A stretch of 64,000 bases of DNA from an uncultured bacterium (GTDB lineage Bacteria; Desulfobacterota_D; UBA1144; Nemesobacterales; UBA2774). Both the position numbers and the translations under genes were made by a program. Positions 40,382 to 49,987 of this stretch are shown piece by piece (the stretch's first letter is position 1; each line of letters starts with the position of its first letter). The notes below the pieces were generated by a model. It had not been told where the DNA came from. It saw only the letters and a list, made by a program, of their open reading frames with translations, and ran no database searches. Location of the stretch: NCBI GenBank assembly GCA_963705505.1, contig CAVPJU010000006.1, positions 757,073-821,072 on the forward strand. Reading direction: 5' to 3'.

Positions 40382-41779
40382 TTAAACGGCTTCCCTCGAA
40401 TCCTCTTTCTCCCCGATTCCGTATTCTTCCAGTTTTCTTCTGAGCGTAAGCCTGTTGATACCGAGCGTTCTTGCCGCCTTGGAGCGGTTCCATCCGCTCG
40501 CGTCGAGGGCCTCCTGCAGCAGGACGACCTCGGCTTCCTTCACTACCATGTCGTATATATTTTCTTCCCCTCCGGAGCTGATGAGGGTTTTGACCGAGCT
40601 CCTGAGAGCGTCTTTAAATGTTATATTCTCCTTCGTTTTTACAGCCGGATGCCTGCTCTTCAGGTCAAGGTCGTATGAAGTGAGGTAAGGGGTTTTTGTA
40701 AAGGCTATGGCTTTTCTGATTACGTTTTCAAGCTCCCTTACATTGCCAGGCCAGTCGTATTCCATGAGCAATTTTTGAAATTTGCCCGTGGCTCCTTTTA
40801 TCTCCTTTCCTATCTGGCTGCTGTGTCTGCGTGTAAAGCACTCGGACAAGAGCGGTATATCCTCTTTTCTCTCCTTGAGCGCAGGCAGATGTATCCTGAC
40901 GACGTTTATGCGGAAATAGAGGTCCTCCCTGAATTTCCCCTCACCGACCATCTTTTCCAGGTCTTTATTCGTCGCTGTGATTATCCTGACATCGACCGAG
41001 ATCTCCTTATTGGAGCCGAGCCTGTGGAATGTCCCGCTCTGGAGCACCCTCAATACCTTGGCCTGGAGTGAAAATGGCATATCCCCGATTTCATCTAGGA
41101 ATATTATCCCTCCGTCAGCCTCTTCGAATTTTCCCGTACGCTGCGCCGCTGCGCCGGTAAAGGCCCCCTTTTCATATCCGAAGAGCTCGGCCTCGAGAAG
41201 GCTCTCGGGGATAGCGGCGCAATTAAGCACCACGAAAGGCTTTTCCCACCTCGTGCTCACCTTCCATACTGATTCCGCGACCAGTTCCTTGCCTGTCCCG
41301 CTCTCCCCGGTTATGAGCACGGGCACGTCCACACGGCCGACCTGTCCTATGAGCTTGCACACCTCCTGAAGCATGGGCGAGTCCCCCACGATCGCGCACG
41401 TAACGCTCGTGCCCCGGACGTTTCCGTGGAATTCGACGAGATGGCCTTTGATCTCCGATTTTATCCCAAGCGCCCTTTCCAGGGATTGGGCGAGAGACGA
41501 ATTTTTAAGTGGTCTGAATACACAGTCAAACGCCCCGAAAGTCATCGATTCGATGAGGTACCTCGTCCCTTTTTCGGCTGTGATGACTATGACGAAATAT
41601 TTGTCTTTTAATTGGCTGAGTTTGCTGATTCCGGAGGTGTCGATATCGAGTAAAACCACATCGGCGTCTTTTATGTCCTCAACCCTGGAGAAAACTTTGA
41701 GCTCTCCGGCCTCAATGATATCTTTAATCTCTTTCGCCAGGTTTTGATCTTCGGTTAAAATTGTAACTTTTCTTGTCAT
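40382..41779 (-). CDS. Sigma-54-dependent transcriptional activator with an atypical receiver-like N-terminus
   Basis: GESGTGKE, GAFTGA, FLDEIG, WPGNVREL, Fis HTH; AAAGGAG RBS before the ATG at 41779. Confidence 0.92.
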   Translation of the reverse strand: MTRKVTILTEDQNLAKEIKDIIEAGELKVFSRVEDIKDADVVLLDIDTSGISKLSQLKDKYFVIVITAEKGTRYLIESMTFGAFDCVFRPLKNSSLAQSLERALGIKSEIKGHLVEFHGNVRGTSVTCAIVGDSPMLQEVCKLIGQVGRVDVPVLITGESGTGKELVAESVWKVSTRWEKPFVVLNCAAIPESLLEAELFGYEKGAFTGAAAQRTGKFEEADGGIIFLDEIGDMPFSLQAKVLRVLQSGTFHRLGSNKEISVDVRIITATNKDLEKMVGEGKFREDLYFRINVVRIHLPALKERKEDIPLLSECFTRRHSSQIGKEIKGATGKFQKLLMEYDWPGNVRELENVIRKAIAFTKTPYLTSYDLDLKSRHPAVKTKENITFKDALRSSVKTLISSGGEENIYDMVVKEAEVVLLQEALDASGWNRSKAARTLGINRLTLRRKLEEYGIGEKEDSREAV

Positions 41780-41888
41780 GTATATAATATCTCCTTTTGT
41801 TGTAACAAAAATATACATGTGATTATCTATTAATCAACAAATTGCGGTAAATCTTCTCCAACTAACTAAAATAGAACGAATTTTACCT

Positions 41889-41904
41889 TGGCATTCAAAT
41901 TGCA
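41889..41904 (+). promoter_or_regulatory. Sigma-54 promoter upstream of the APS reductase gene
   Basis: TGGCATTCAAATTGCA = GG-N10-GC. Confidence 0.7.
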
Positions 41905-42028
41905 TCGTTATCATTAATATTTTAATCATAACTGTATATTGGAATTCGTTGAGGAGATATTTATTTGGAACGAATTCTACTATAGAATTAATTCGGACTG
42001 GTTTACATGGAGGTAATTCGAAATTAGT

Positions 42029-42808
42029 ATGATAACTTCTTTAAGTAAAAAAAAGAATCGTGACGAGATTGTGAGAAGGAAATTCAATCCGGAAGAGGTT
42101 AAAGAGCTGAACCATGAGTTCGAGGGACAGGGGTGCGGAGGAGGTTCTGAATTGGGCGTATGTAGAATCTTCATCCGAGAGGTGGCGCTCTCTTCGAGCT
42201 TCCAGGCCCAGGGAATGGTACTCATCGATATGCTCATGAGGATTAACAAGGGCGCAAGGATATTCACACTCGATACCGGCAGGCTGAATCAGGAAACCTA
42301 TGACGTCATGGACGAGGTTAGAAAAAGGTACGGTGCGAGGATCGAAGTAGTGTTCCCGGAAAGAACCGAAGTCGAGGAGATGGTGCTCGAGCGCGGGGTT
42401 AACTTATTTTATAAAGGGAAGGAAAACAGGATACTCTGCTGCGAGATAAGAAAGGTAAGACCGCTTAAGCGTTATCTCGCGAATCTGGACGGCTGGATAA
42501 CCTCCATTAGGAAAGACCAGACGGAGAGCAGGGCCCAGTCCATGAAATTCGAGCTCGACGATCTGAACGGCGGTATATTAAAAATTAATCCTCTCGTCGA
42601 CTGGACGAGCAAACAGGTCTGGGATTACGTAAAAGAATACAAAGTACCCTACAACAAGCTCCACGACATGGGCTATCCGAGTATAGGCTGCGCCCCGTGT
42701 ACGCGCGCCGTGAAGCCCGGGGAAGACGAGAGAGCAGGGCGCTGGTGGTGGGAGAACGATTCCGATAAGGAGTGCGGACTCCACTTCAATCACGATGGAG
42801 ATTCCTGA
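42029..42808 (+). CDS. cysH: Assimilatory APS/PAPS reductase, Fe-S (APS) type
   Basis: SSSFQ, LDTGRL, CCEIRKV, GYPSIGCAPCT, RAGRW, ECGLH. Confidence 0.93.
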   Translation: MITSLSKKKNRDEIVRRKFNPEEVKELNHEFEGQGCGGGSELGVCRIFIREVALSSSFQAQGMVLIDMLMRINKGARIFTLDTGRLNQETYDVMDEVRKRYGARIEVVFPERTEVEEMVLERGVNLFYKGKENRILCCEIRKVRPLKRYLANLDGWITSIRKDQTESRAQSMKFELDDLNGGILKINPLVDWTSKQVWDYVKEYKVPYNKLHDMGYPSIGCAPCTRAVKPGEDERAGRWWWENDSDKECGLHFNHDGDS

Positions 42809-42835
42809 AATCGAAATCTGATTTCAGCAAAACCC

Positions 42836-43270
42836 CTATTGTAAATTACTTTCTTCTTTTTCCGTTCCTTCCGTTACGAAGGGGATAGGTGAGGCGTGGT
42901 GGATTACCATGAGCCATCCCGATTCGGTCCTTTCGAATATATTGGTCGATATGGAGACGTTCATCATTACCGGGTTTCTCTTTATGTAGGTAAGCTCCTG
43001 AACGCACGTCACGCAGGCAGCGTCCCCCTTGATATCGACGGTGACGTTGTGGAGCTTTATGTCGAGCTTGTCCTCGGGGTCGAAAACGTTCTCCCAGCTC
43101 TGCCTTATGGCTTCCCACCCACGGAGCATTATCCAGCCCGGATGCATGCATCCGGCCCTGTCGTCATGGACGAATACAGTGCCCATAAGCTCAAGGTCTC
43201 TATTGCCCAGGGCTTCATAGAACCTTTGGTTTACTTCGAGGATGTGATCTTTGTCGGAAGTGGGAGGCAT
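42836..43270 (-). CDS. NTF2/SnoaL-like protein
   Basis: NQRFYEAL, CMHPGW..GWEAIRQSW, TNIF, WLMVIHHAS. Confidence 0.85.
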   Translation of the reverse strand: MPPTSDKDHILEVNQRFYEALGNRDLELMGTVFVHDDRAGCMHPGWIMLRGWEAIRQSWENVFDPEDKLDIKLHNVTVDIKGDAACVTCVQELTYIKRNPVMMNVSISTNIFERTESGWLMVIHHASPIPFVTEGTEKEESNLQ

Positions 43271-43388
43271 CTGATTTAATTTACTTTATACCTGAAAATC
43301 GCAGGAATGTCGCACTTTCGGGATCCGGTATCATGATAATCGCCGTCTGATAAAGGGTAGGGCCGGCGGCATTGCCCGAGTCCTGACT

Positions 43389-44312
43389 CTACGCAGGGAT
43401 TTTTTCACGAAGCTGAAAGAGCGCAAGGTATCTCAAGACAGGCCTCGGGGATCTCCCGGTCTGCGCGCTCGAAAAAGTCTTATCAGGGGTTTTAAACTCC
43501 ACCTCGAACCCGTGTTTCAGAAGCTCGACAAGGAGCGATGCCAGACGGCTTATCTGGTGCTCGAGTCTCGTTTTGTCCCTTTCGGGATGGAATTCGATAA
43601 CGGCGCCACTTACCTCTTCGTCCTCCATCTCCCTCACCATTAGCCTCCCCCTTTTGGCTGTCGTTTTCCAGTGTATGAGCCTCGGGTTGTCGCCTTCCTG
43701 AAATTCCTTTATAGACCGGAGATCATATCCGAACCCTGACTTCTCGCGCTCCGTCTCCCCCGGTCTTTCGTTGAGGCTCCTGCTCTCGGCGCTTATGCTT
43801 TCGACTTTGGGGAATACGAGTATTTCGTCATCCCCGAGGTCTATCTTTATCCATTTTTTAAAAAATCCGAAGGGGAACCTCGTAGAGAGCCTTGCTTCGG
43901 GGATTTTATTCCATCCCCTCTTCTTGAACACATACCTTAACGGTGCCGTGACTTCGATTTTTGAGGGCAGGTACGGAATGTATGTTTTGTTTCCATCGAT
44001 TTCGATAGTAAGGGAATAAGACGGTATGAGGGATTTGCGGTTCGCGAGAGAGAATTTCAGTGAGGCCGGCGTCAGCGCGAACACGTCTCCCGGAGGCTTG
44101 ACCTCCGCTTCTATCCCGGAAAGGTTGATCATGGATAAAATGCCCGAGGCTACGACGAAGCTCATCATTATCCCGAAAGTGAGATAGAGGAGGTTATTCC
44201 CGGTATTTATGGCGGCGAAGCCTACGAAAAGGCTTAGGGCAATGAAGGTCAGTCCTTCTTTTGTGGGGCTCGTCCTCGCCCAATTGTCCTTGCCTAGCTT
44301 AAGGAGGCTCAT
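43389..44312 (-). CDS. DUF58 family protein
   Basis: AAINTGNNLLY, RG, STRFPFG, GDNPRLIHWKTTAKRG. Confidence 0.88.
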   Translation of the reverse strand: MSLLKLGKDNWARTSPTKEGLTFIALSLFVGFAAINTGNNLLYLTFGIMMSFVVASGILSMINLSGIEAEVKPPGDVFALTPASLKFSLANRKSLIPSYSLTIEIDGNKTYIPYLPSKIEVTAPLRYVFKKRGWNKIPEARLSTRFPFGFFKKWIKIDLGDDEILVFPKVESISAESRSLNERPGETEREKSGFGYDLRSIKEFQEGDNPRLIHWKTTAKRGRLMVREMEDEEVSGAVIEFHPERDKTRLEHQISRLASLLVELLKHGFEVEFKTPDKTFSSAQTGRSPRPVLRYLALFQLREKIPA

Positions 44313-44398
44313 CGAAAAAGAGTGGACGCGGACTGTCTCTATCTCTCCGCACCTTCCACTCGTTTAAATTATATCTCTTAAATCGGGCCCTTGTTTTC

Positions 44399-45997
44399 TT
44401 ATTTCACGACTTCAACGAGCCTGCTGAGCGAGTCGACGATATCGCCCTTCACCCTCGAGATGTCGTTATAGATTGCCAGGAACATTATGAAGATGAGTAT
44501 CGTAAGTCCGATACGCTGGCTGATCTCGAGCGTCCTCTGGCTGAGCGGCTTTCTCTTGATGCTTTCGAGCGCGAGGTAAAGTACGTGCCCTCCGTCGAGC
44601 ATCGGGATCGGGAACAGGTTTATGATTGCGAGGTTGATGCTGATGAAGCACGTGAACTGCAGAAGCTGCGCTATGCCGCTTTCAGCAGCCGATCCTGAAA
44701 CCTTTGCTATCAGTATCGGACCCGCAAGGCTCTTTCCTGCGGTTCCCAGAGCGATCTTGCCCGTAGCCAGTTTGTAAAGGAACCCGAAGAGAAGCCCGAC
44801 GACTTCCACTATCATGCTCGCCGCCTCCTGCACCCCGTGGATAATTGCCTGGAAGAAGCCGTATTTTTTTACGATTTCCTCCTGATAGGGCGAGACCCCG
44901 ATAGCTCCTTTCCCGGTCTCCACTGAAGTTTCAGGGGTTATTTTCTTGGTCAGCAGATCTCCATTTCTCTTTATAAGGAGAGTGACCTCTTTGCCCGAGT
45001 TCTCTTTCACTATTGAGGCGAGCTGGTCCCAATCGGCTATTTTCGTTCCGTCTATCTCCAGAATCTCATCGCCTTTTTGCAGGTCGGCTTTATCTGCGGG
45101 AGTGCCGTCGATTACAGTCCCGACCTTGGCTTTGAGAGGCTCACCGAAGCCTATGGCCACTATTCCTTCCGAGGAAGCGATCGCCTTCACGGGGATAATT
45201 TCCGTCCCCCCGTCCCTTTTTACTTTGATATTGAGGAGCGCATCGGGATTCGTCTGGATCTGGATATTCACGTCCTTCCAATCGGATACCTCTTTCCCCT
45301 CGATTTCCAGAATCCTGTCGCCTTTCTGGAAACCGGCTTCGGCTGCCTGGGAGCCCGGCTTGATGTACCCGATGACCGGAGCCTGTTCGAGATATGCCGG
45401 GACTGTGATGCCGATCATAAATACTATCGGGAGGAAAACAAAAGGAAGGAGGAAGTTCATGAACGGACCCGCAACGACGATCAGAAGCCTGTTGAATATG
45501 GGCTGATTCGAGAACCCCCTCGGATATTCCTTTTCCGCGTAGGTGTCCGCACCTTCCAGGTTGCGCGCCTTAGCGGATATTTCAATTTTTTTATCGTCCC
45601 TTTCTATGACGAACAGATAATCCTTGTCGGGCTCTTTCTCGAGAGAGGCTTCGAGCTGCTTCCAGCGCGGGAACGAAGTAAGCTCGATCCCGTCTATGCT
45701 TACGATCCTGTCTCCCGATCTGAATCCCGCTTTATCCGCGTCCGAGTCCGGGTCCACCTTGTCCACGATGAAATTCCCTTCGGAGCCCTCGCCGTACATC
45801 TTCACGTAACCGCCGAGAGGCAGGACGCAGATCAAGTATTCCGTCTCGCCTTTCCTGAAGCCGAATAGTTTTTTTCCGAACCCGAGCGAAAACTTTTCAA
45901 CCCTTACCCCGCTCCACTTCGCAAGCAGGAAGTGTCCGAGCTCATGGATGAATACCAGTACTCCTATGACAAATATAAAAGCAATTATTGCGGTCAT
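44399..45997 (-). CDS. rseP: RIP metalloprotease RseP with three PDZ domains
   Basis: HELGH, FSLGFG, PLGGYVKM, AGPFMN, NLFPIPMLDGG. Confidence 0.95.
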   Translation of the reverse strand: MTAIIAFIFVIGVLVFIHELGHFLLAKWSGVRVEKFSLGFGKKLFGFRKGETEYLICVLPLGGYVKMYGEGSEGNFIVDKVDPDSDADKAGFRSGDRIVSIDGIELTSFPRWKQLEASLEKEPDKDYLFVIERDDKKIEISAKARNLEGADTYAEKEYPRGFSNQPIFNRLLIVVAGPFMNFLLPFVFLPIVFMIGITVPAYLEQAPVIGYIKPGSQAAEAGFQKGDRILEIEGKEVSDWKDVNIQIQTNPDALLNIKVKRDGGTEIIPVKAIASSEGIVAIGFGEPLKAKVGTVIDGTPADKADLQKGDEILEIDGTKIADWDQLASIVKENSGKEVTLLIKRNGDLLTKKITPETSVETGKGAIGVSPYQEEIVKKYGFFQAIIHGVQEAASMIVEVVGLLFGFLYKLATGKIALGTAGKSLAGPILIAKVSGSAAESGIAQLLQFTCFISINLAIINLFPIPMLDGGHVLYLALESIKRKPLSQRTLEISQRIGLTILIFIMFLAIYNDISRVKGDIVDSLSRLVEVVK

Positions 45998-46000
45998 TTT

Positions 46001-47161
46001 TTAATTCTCCCGGTTTCTGATTAATGTGAGGGCTTTTTCTCTAGCCCACGCGTCGCTTTCAAGGACTGCTTCGAGTGAATTTGCGTTCTCGGTTTTGTGA
46101 AGATGCATTACCTCTTCTACGATTCCGACTATATCCCCAAACCCGGTTTCCCCCGCAAGAAACGCACGGACTGCGACCTCGTTTGCGCCGTTCATTACTG
46201 CAGGCATTGTCCCCCCTTCCCTGAGAGCGCTGAATGCGAGGGATATCGAGGGGAATTTCTCGGTATCGACGTCCCTGAAAGTCAGCTCCCGGAAGTTTTC
46301 AGGTATCACCCTGTACCCGTTTACCGGGATTCTCTCCGGATAGGAAAGCGCATACGCGATAGGAATCCTCATATCCGGTACGCTCATCTGGGATATGATA
46401 GATCCGTCTATATATTCTACCATAGAGTGTATTACGCTCTGCGGGTGTATCCACACGGAGATATGTTCCTGGTCGAACCCGAAAAGCCATTTGGCCTCTA
46501 TCACTTCGAACCCTTTATTCATTAGTGTAGCTGAATCGATAGTTATCTTGTCTCCCATTTTCCAGGTCGGATGGTTGAGCGCCACTTCCACAGTAACGTC
46601 TTTCATCTCGCCCTTCGGCGTATTCAGGAACGGCCCCCCGGAGGCGGTTATTATGAGCCTTTTGACATATCTTTTCCCGCATGACTCGAGTGCCTGAAAT
46701 ATTGCGCTGTGCTCGCTGTCGACCGGGATGATCCTGACCCCTGTCTTTTCCGCCTCACCGGTCAATATTTCCCCGGCTATGACGAGCGATTCCTTGTTCG
46801 CGAGCGCCACGTCCTTTCCCGCCTTAACCGCGGATAAAGTTGGAACGAGACCCGACGCCCCTACCATTGCCGAAACCACGAGGTCGTTGCCGCTGAGGGA
46901 CGCGATTTCGCTCGCACCGTCCCTGCCGTATACAATCTCGACCCCGGAATCCTTTAATTCCGGACGCAGGGAATCCGCGAGGCTTCTGTCCTTGACCGAT
47001 ACCGCCTCAGGTCCGAATTTGCGGATTTGCTCTCTGAGGAGACCGATGTTCTCCCCCGCGGACAGCCCCAGGACCCTGAATCTGTCAGGGTAGTGCGATA
47101 TTACGTCGAGGGTCTGTTTCCCTATGGAACCCGTGGAGCCGAGTATGGAAATATTTTTCAA
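46001..47161 (-). CDS. dxr: 1-deoxy-D-xylulose-5-phosphate reductoisomerase
   Basis: LGSTGSIG, LANKESL, PVDSEHSA, TASGGPF, HPTWKMG, NKGFE. Confidence 0.97.
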   Translation of the reverse strand: MKNISILGSTGSIGKQTLDVISHYPDRFRVLGLSAGENIGLLREQIRKFGPEAVSVKDRSLADSLRPELKDSGVEIVYGRDGASEIASLSGNDLVVSAMVGASGLVPTLSAVKAGKDVALANKESLVIAGEILTGEAEKTGVRIIPVDSEHSAIFQALESCGKRYVKRLIITASGGPFLNTPKGEMKDVTVEVALNHPTWKMGDKITIDSATLMNKGFEVIEAKWLFGFDQEHISVWIHPQSVIHSMVEYIDGSIISQMSVPDMRIPIAYALSYPERIPVNGYRVIPENFRELTFRDVDTEKFPSISLAFSALREGGTMPAVMNGANEVAVRAFLAGETGFGDIVGIVEEVMHLHKTENANSLEAVLESDAWAREKALTLIRNREN

Positions 47162-47907
47162 ATGGCTTCCCTTTTATTCACCTGTTCCCCGGTGAGTCCG
47201 AATCTCCGTTCCCGTCTCTGGTAATTGAGTATCGCTTTTACGAGATGCCTCTTTCTGAAGTTGGGCCAGAGAGTCCTGGTGATATAAATTTCGGTGTATG
47301 CGATCTCCCAGAGCATGAAGTTGGAGAGTCTCATCTCTCCGCTCGTGCGGATCAGGAGGTCGGGCTCGGGCATATCGGCCGTGTAGAGAAATTGAGAGAA
47401 ATTTGTCTGGCTGATGCTCTCAGGGTGTATATTCCCTCCGGTCATTATCTTTTTGACGGCGTCTATGATCTCTTCCCTTCCCCCGTAGCTTAGTGCCAGG
47501 GTCAGAGTCGGTTTCCGGAAGTTCTTTGTCAACTCGATCGTATCCTGGAGCACATCGTATACGTCCTGGGGCAGGTCCCGGAGCCTGCCGATTGCGTTAA
47601 GCCTTATACCGTTCTCTATCAAATTGCCGCGCTCCTTGAGAAGGTAGTGCTTGAGAAGTTCCATGAGGGCATTTACTTCGTTTTTAGGTCTTTTCCAATT
47701 CTGGGCGGAGAATGCATAAAGCGTAACGTATTCGATCCCGAGGTCCTTTGCCGCCGTGACGACGGCGCGGACTGATTTCATCCCCTCTCTGTGGCCGCTT
47801 ATGCGGTCGAGGTTCTTTTTCTTTGCCCATCTTCCGTTCCCGTCCATGATTATCGCGATGTGAGTCGGAAGCTTGTCTTTGTCAATCAGTGATTCGAATT
47901 TCCCCAT
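47158..47907 (-). CDS. uppS: Undecaprenyl diphosphate synthase
   Basis: HIAIIMDGNGRW, NWKRP, YGGREEI, IRTSGEMRLSNF, RERRFG. Confidence 0.96.
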   Translation of the reverse strand: MGKFESLIDKDKLPTHIAIIMDGNGRWAKKKNLDRISGHREGMKSVRAVVTAAKDLGIEYVTLYAFSAQNWKRPKNEVNALMELLKHYLLKERGNLIENGIRLNAIGRLRDLPQDVYDVLQDTIELTKNFRKPTLTLALSYGGREEIIDAVKKIMTGGNIHPESISQTNFSQFLYTADMPEPDLLIRTSGEMRLSNFMLWEIAYTEIYITRTLWPNFRKRHLVKAILNYQRRERRFGLTGEQVNKREAI

Positions 47908-47986
47908 TATGAACCCTTTAATTATAACACCTCATGCTCATTAAAAAAGCGGAGATTGCCGCCTGCCAAGTTCAATTGAGCCGGGC

Positions 47987-48229
47987 TTACTGTCTGAATA
48001 TCATGTTGGAAAGAAACGAGAGTGGGAAGGCGATTAAGACGACTATAAGCAGCACGGTAACTATAACCAGAAAGGTCAGGCAATATATATAGAAGGACAG
48101 CGGGATAAAAATGATTTTAAATAATATAAACCAGTCCCGTGAAAGCTGGAGAACGACGGATGTGTAGCTTTGTATGAACCTGCTGAGAACTGTAACGACC
48201 ATTTCAATCATATCTCTGTGACCCCGCAT
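47987..48229 (-). CDS. Small hypothetical membrane protein
   Basis: 80-aa ORF with a long hydrophobic C-terminal half; no motif recognised. Confidence 0.4.
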   Translation of the reverse strand: MRGHRDMIEMVVTVLSRFIQSYTSVVLQLSRDWFILFKIIFIPLSFYIYCLTFLVIVTVLLIVVLIAFPLSFLSNMIFRQ

Positions 48230-48813
48230 TAATTTATATCAATCCGAAGGCTTGTTCAAATAGCCTGCACATCCTGTTTTCTTTGCTCCGGACGTAAAAA
48301 TCTGTTATTTATCAGCTCAGCAAGTATCTTCTTTTATAGCCAAAGTCGTGGAACTATATTAGATATTAGAATTAAATATTCAGAGAAGACGGCAACATAT
48401 AGTGTTTCCGGGCTTAAAAAACATCATAATATTAATGGATGCCGCGAGATCGGCTATCTAATCGCGATACTCGCCGTCTCTATTATGAAAGTCAAAGCCC
48501 TTAACGCTGCCGGGGGCATCTGAAAGGGAGGGTATAAATGCGATCACGAAAAATTCATGCCGGTCAACCCGCCCGACGCCGCGTCTATAGAGACCTCGGC
48601 AAGAGCTGCTGGACGACAGCCTGATCGGGAGTTTCGGCGGGGCTATGGCCGTGTTCCTCTGAGATCATTGTACCGCCCCTGCATATCAAATATTTGAACA
48701 TGCCCATCGTACTCTGCCGGTATATCAATCTGCGCGGGCTTTAAATCGCCGGAAATCCGAGTTGCCGATTAAACCATGTTTGGTTAATCTCTATTACAAG
48801 AGGTAATGATATC

Positions 48814-49971
48814 GTGATGAAGAAAAGAATCTTTCTCGTGCTTTTTTTACTGTTTCTGACGCTTGTAAATTACCCGGGAGCACTAGCGGACGACGCTACA
48901 TATGAAGGGCTTTCGAACTTTACGAGGGTTCTCGACATTATTGAAAGGAATTATGTGGAAAAGGTGGATTCCGAAAAGCTTACGAACAGCGCGATCGACG
49001 GAATGCTCAAGACGCTCGATCCTTACTCGGCCTACCTTAGCCCGGAACGCTACAGGGAGCTCGAGATAGGCACTTCCGGGGAGTTCGGCGGCGTCGGCAT
49101 GGAAGTCTCCGAAGAGAAAGGGGTGCTTACGGTTATTACCCCAATCGAGGGGAGCCCCGCGGAAAAAGCCGGTATAAAGCCCAGGGATCAGATAATAGAG
49201 ATCGAGGGGAAATCCACCCAGGGGATGGTGGTTCAGGAGGCAGTGGCGCTTCTGAGGGGCCCGATGGGGACCGCGGTGAAAATCACGATCAGGAGGGAGG
49301 GGGAAGCGGAGCCTAAAGTTGTCACCCTGATAAGGGATAAGATTGTCGTAAAGAGCGTCAAATCCAAGCTCCTCGATAACGGCATAGGATACATCAGGCT
49401 CACGCAGTTTCAGGATCACTCATCCCAGGAGTTGAGGGATGCGGTTACCGGACTCGAGGCGCAGAACGGGAAAGAGCTGAGCGGGCTCGTTCTCGACCTC
49501 AGAAATAACCCCGGCGGACTTCTCACCGAGGCGATAGATATTGTCGATGAGTTTATCGACAACGGCCTCATTGTGAGCGTGAGGGGAAGGACACAGGAGC
49601 AAACGAGGGAATATTACGCTACAAAGAACGGTACTTTCCGGATGTTCCCGGTCGTGGTGCTTGTAAACGACGGGAGCGCAAGCGCCTCGGAAGTCGTAGC
49701 GGAGGCGCTCCAGGACAGTAAACGGGCCGTCATCCTGGGCACAAAGACCTTCGGGAAAGGCTCCGTTCAGACCATTATAAAACTGGAAGACGGCTCTGGG
49801 CTCAAGCTGACGACTGCCAAGTTCTATGCCCCGAGCGGCAGGTCGATAAACGAAGTCGGGGTAACCCCGGACATCAAAGTCGAGAACAGCGGCGATCAGG
49901 ACAAGCAGCTCGAAAGCGCTGTAAACATACTGAAGACCTCTAAGGCCGGTAAAGAAATTCCCAAGGGCTAG
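48814..49971 (+). CDS. ctpA: S41 carboxy-terminal processing protease
   Basis: LDPYS, PDZ domain, DLRNNPGG, SASASE, FGKGSVQ. Confidence 0.93.
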   Translation: MMKKRIFLVLFLLFLTLVNYPGALADDATYEGLSNFTRVLDIIERNYVEKVDSEKLTNSAIDGMLKTLDPYSAYLSPERYRELEIGTSGEFGGVGMEVSEEKGVLTVITPIEGSPAEKAGIKPRDQIIEIEGKSTQGMVVQEAVALLRGPMGTAVKITIRREGEAEPKVVTLIRDKIVVKSVKSKLLDNGIGYIRLTQFQDHSSQELRDAVTGLEAQNGKELSGLVLDLRNNPGGLLTEAIDIVDEFIDNGLIVSVRGRTQEQTREYYATKNGTFRMFPVVVLVNDGSASASEVVAEALQDSKRAVILGTKTFGKGSVQTIIKLEDGSGLKLTTAKFYAPSGRSINEVGVTPDIKVENSGDQDKQLESAVNILKTSKAGKEIPKG

Positions 49972-49987
49972 AGGGAGCGCCCTTCTT

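Noticed and set aside
48340..48700. Possible structured ncRNA (AGACGGC...GCCGTCT pairing) in the gap before ctpA
   Set aside because: No riboswitch or 6S hallmark recognised; it could equally be a decayed gene, and a covariance search is needed
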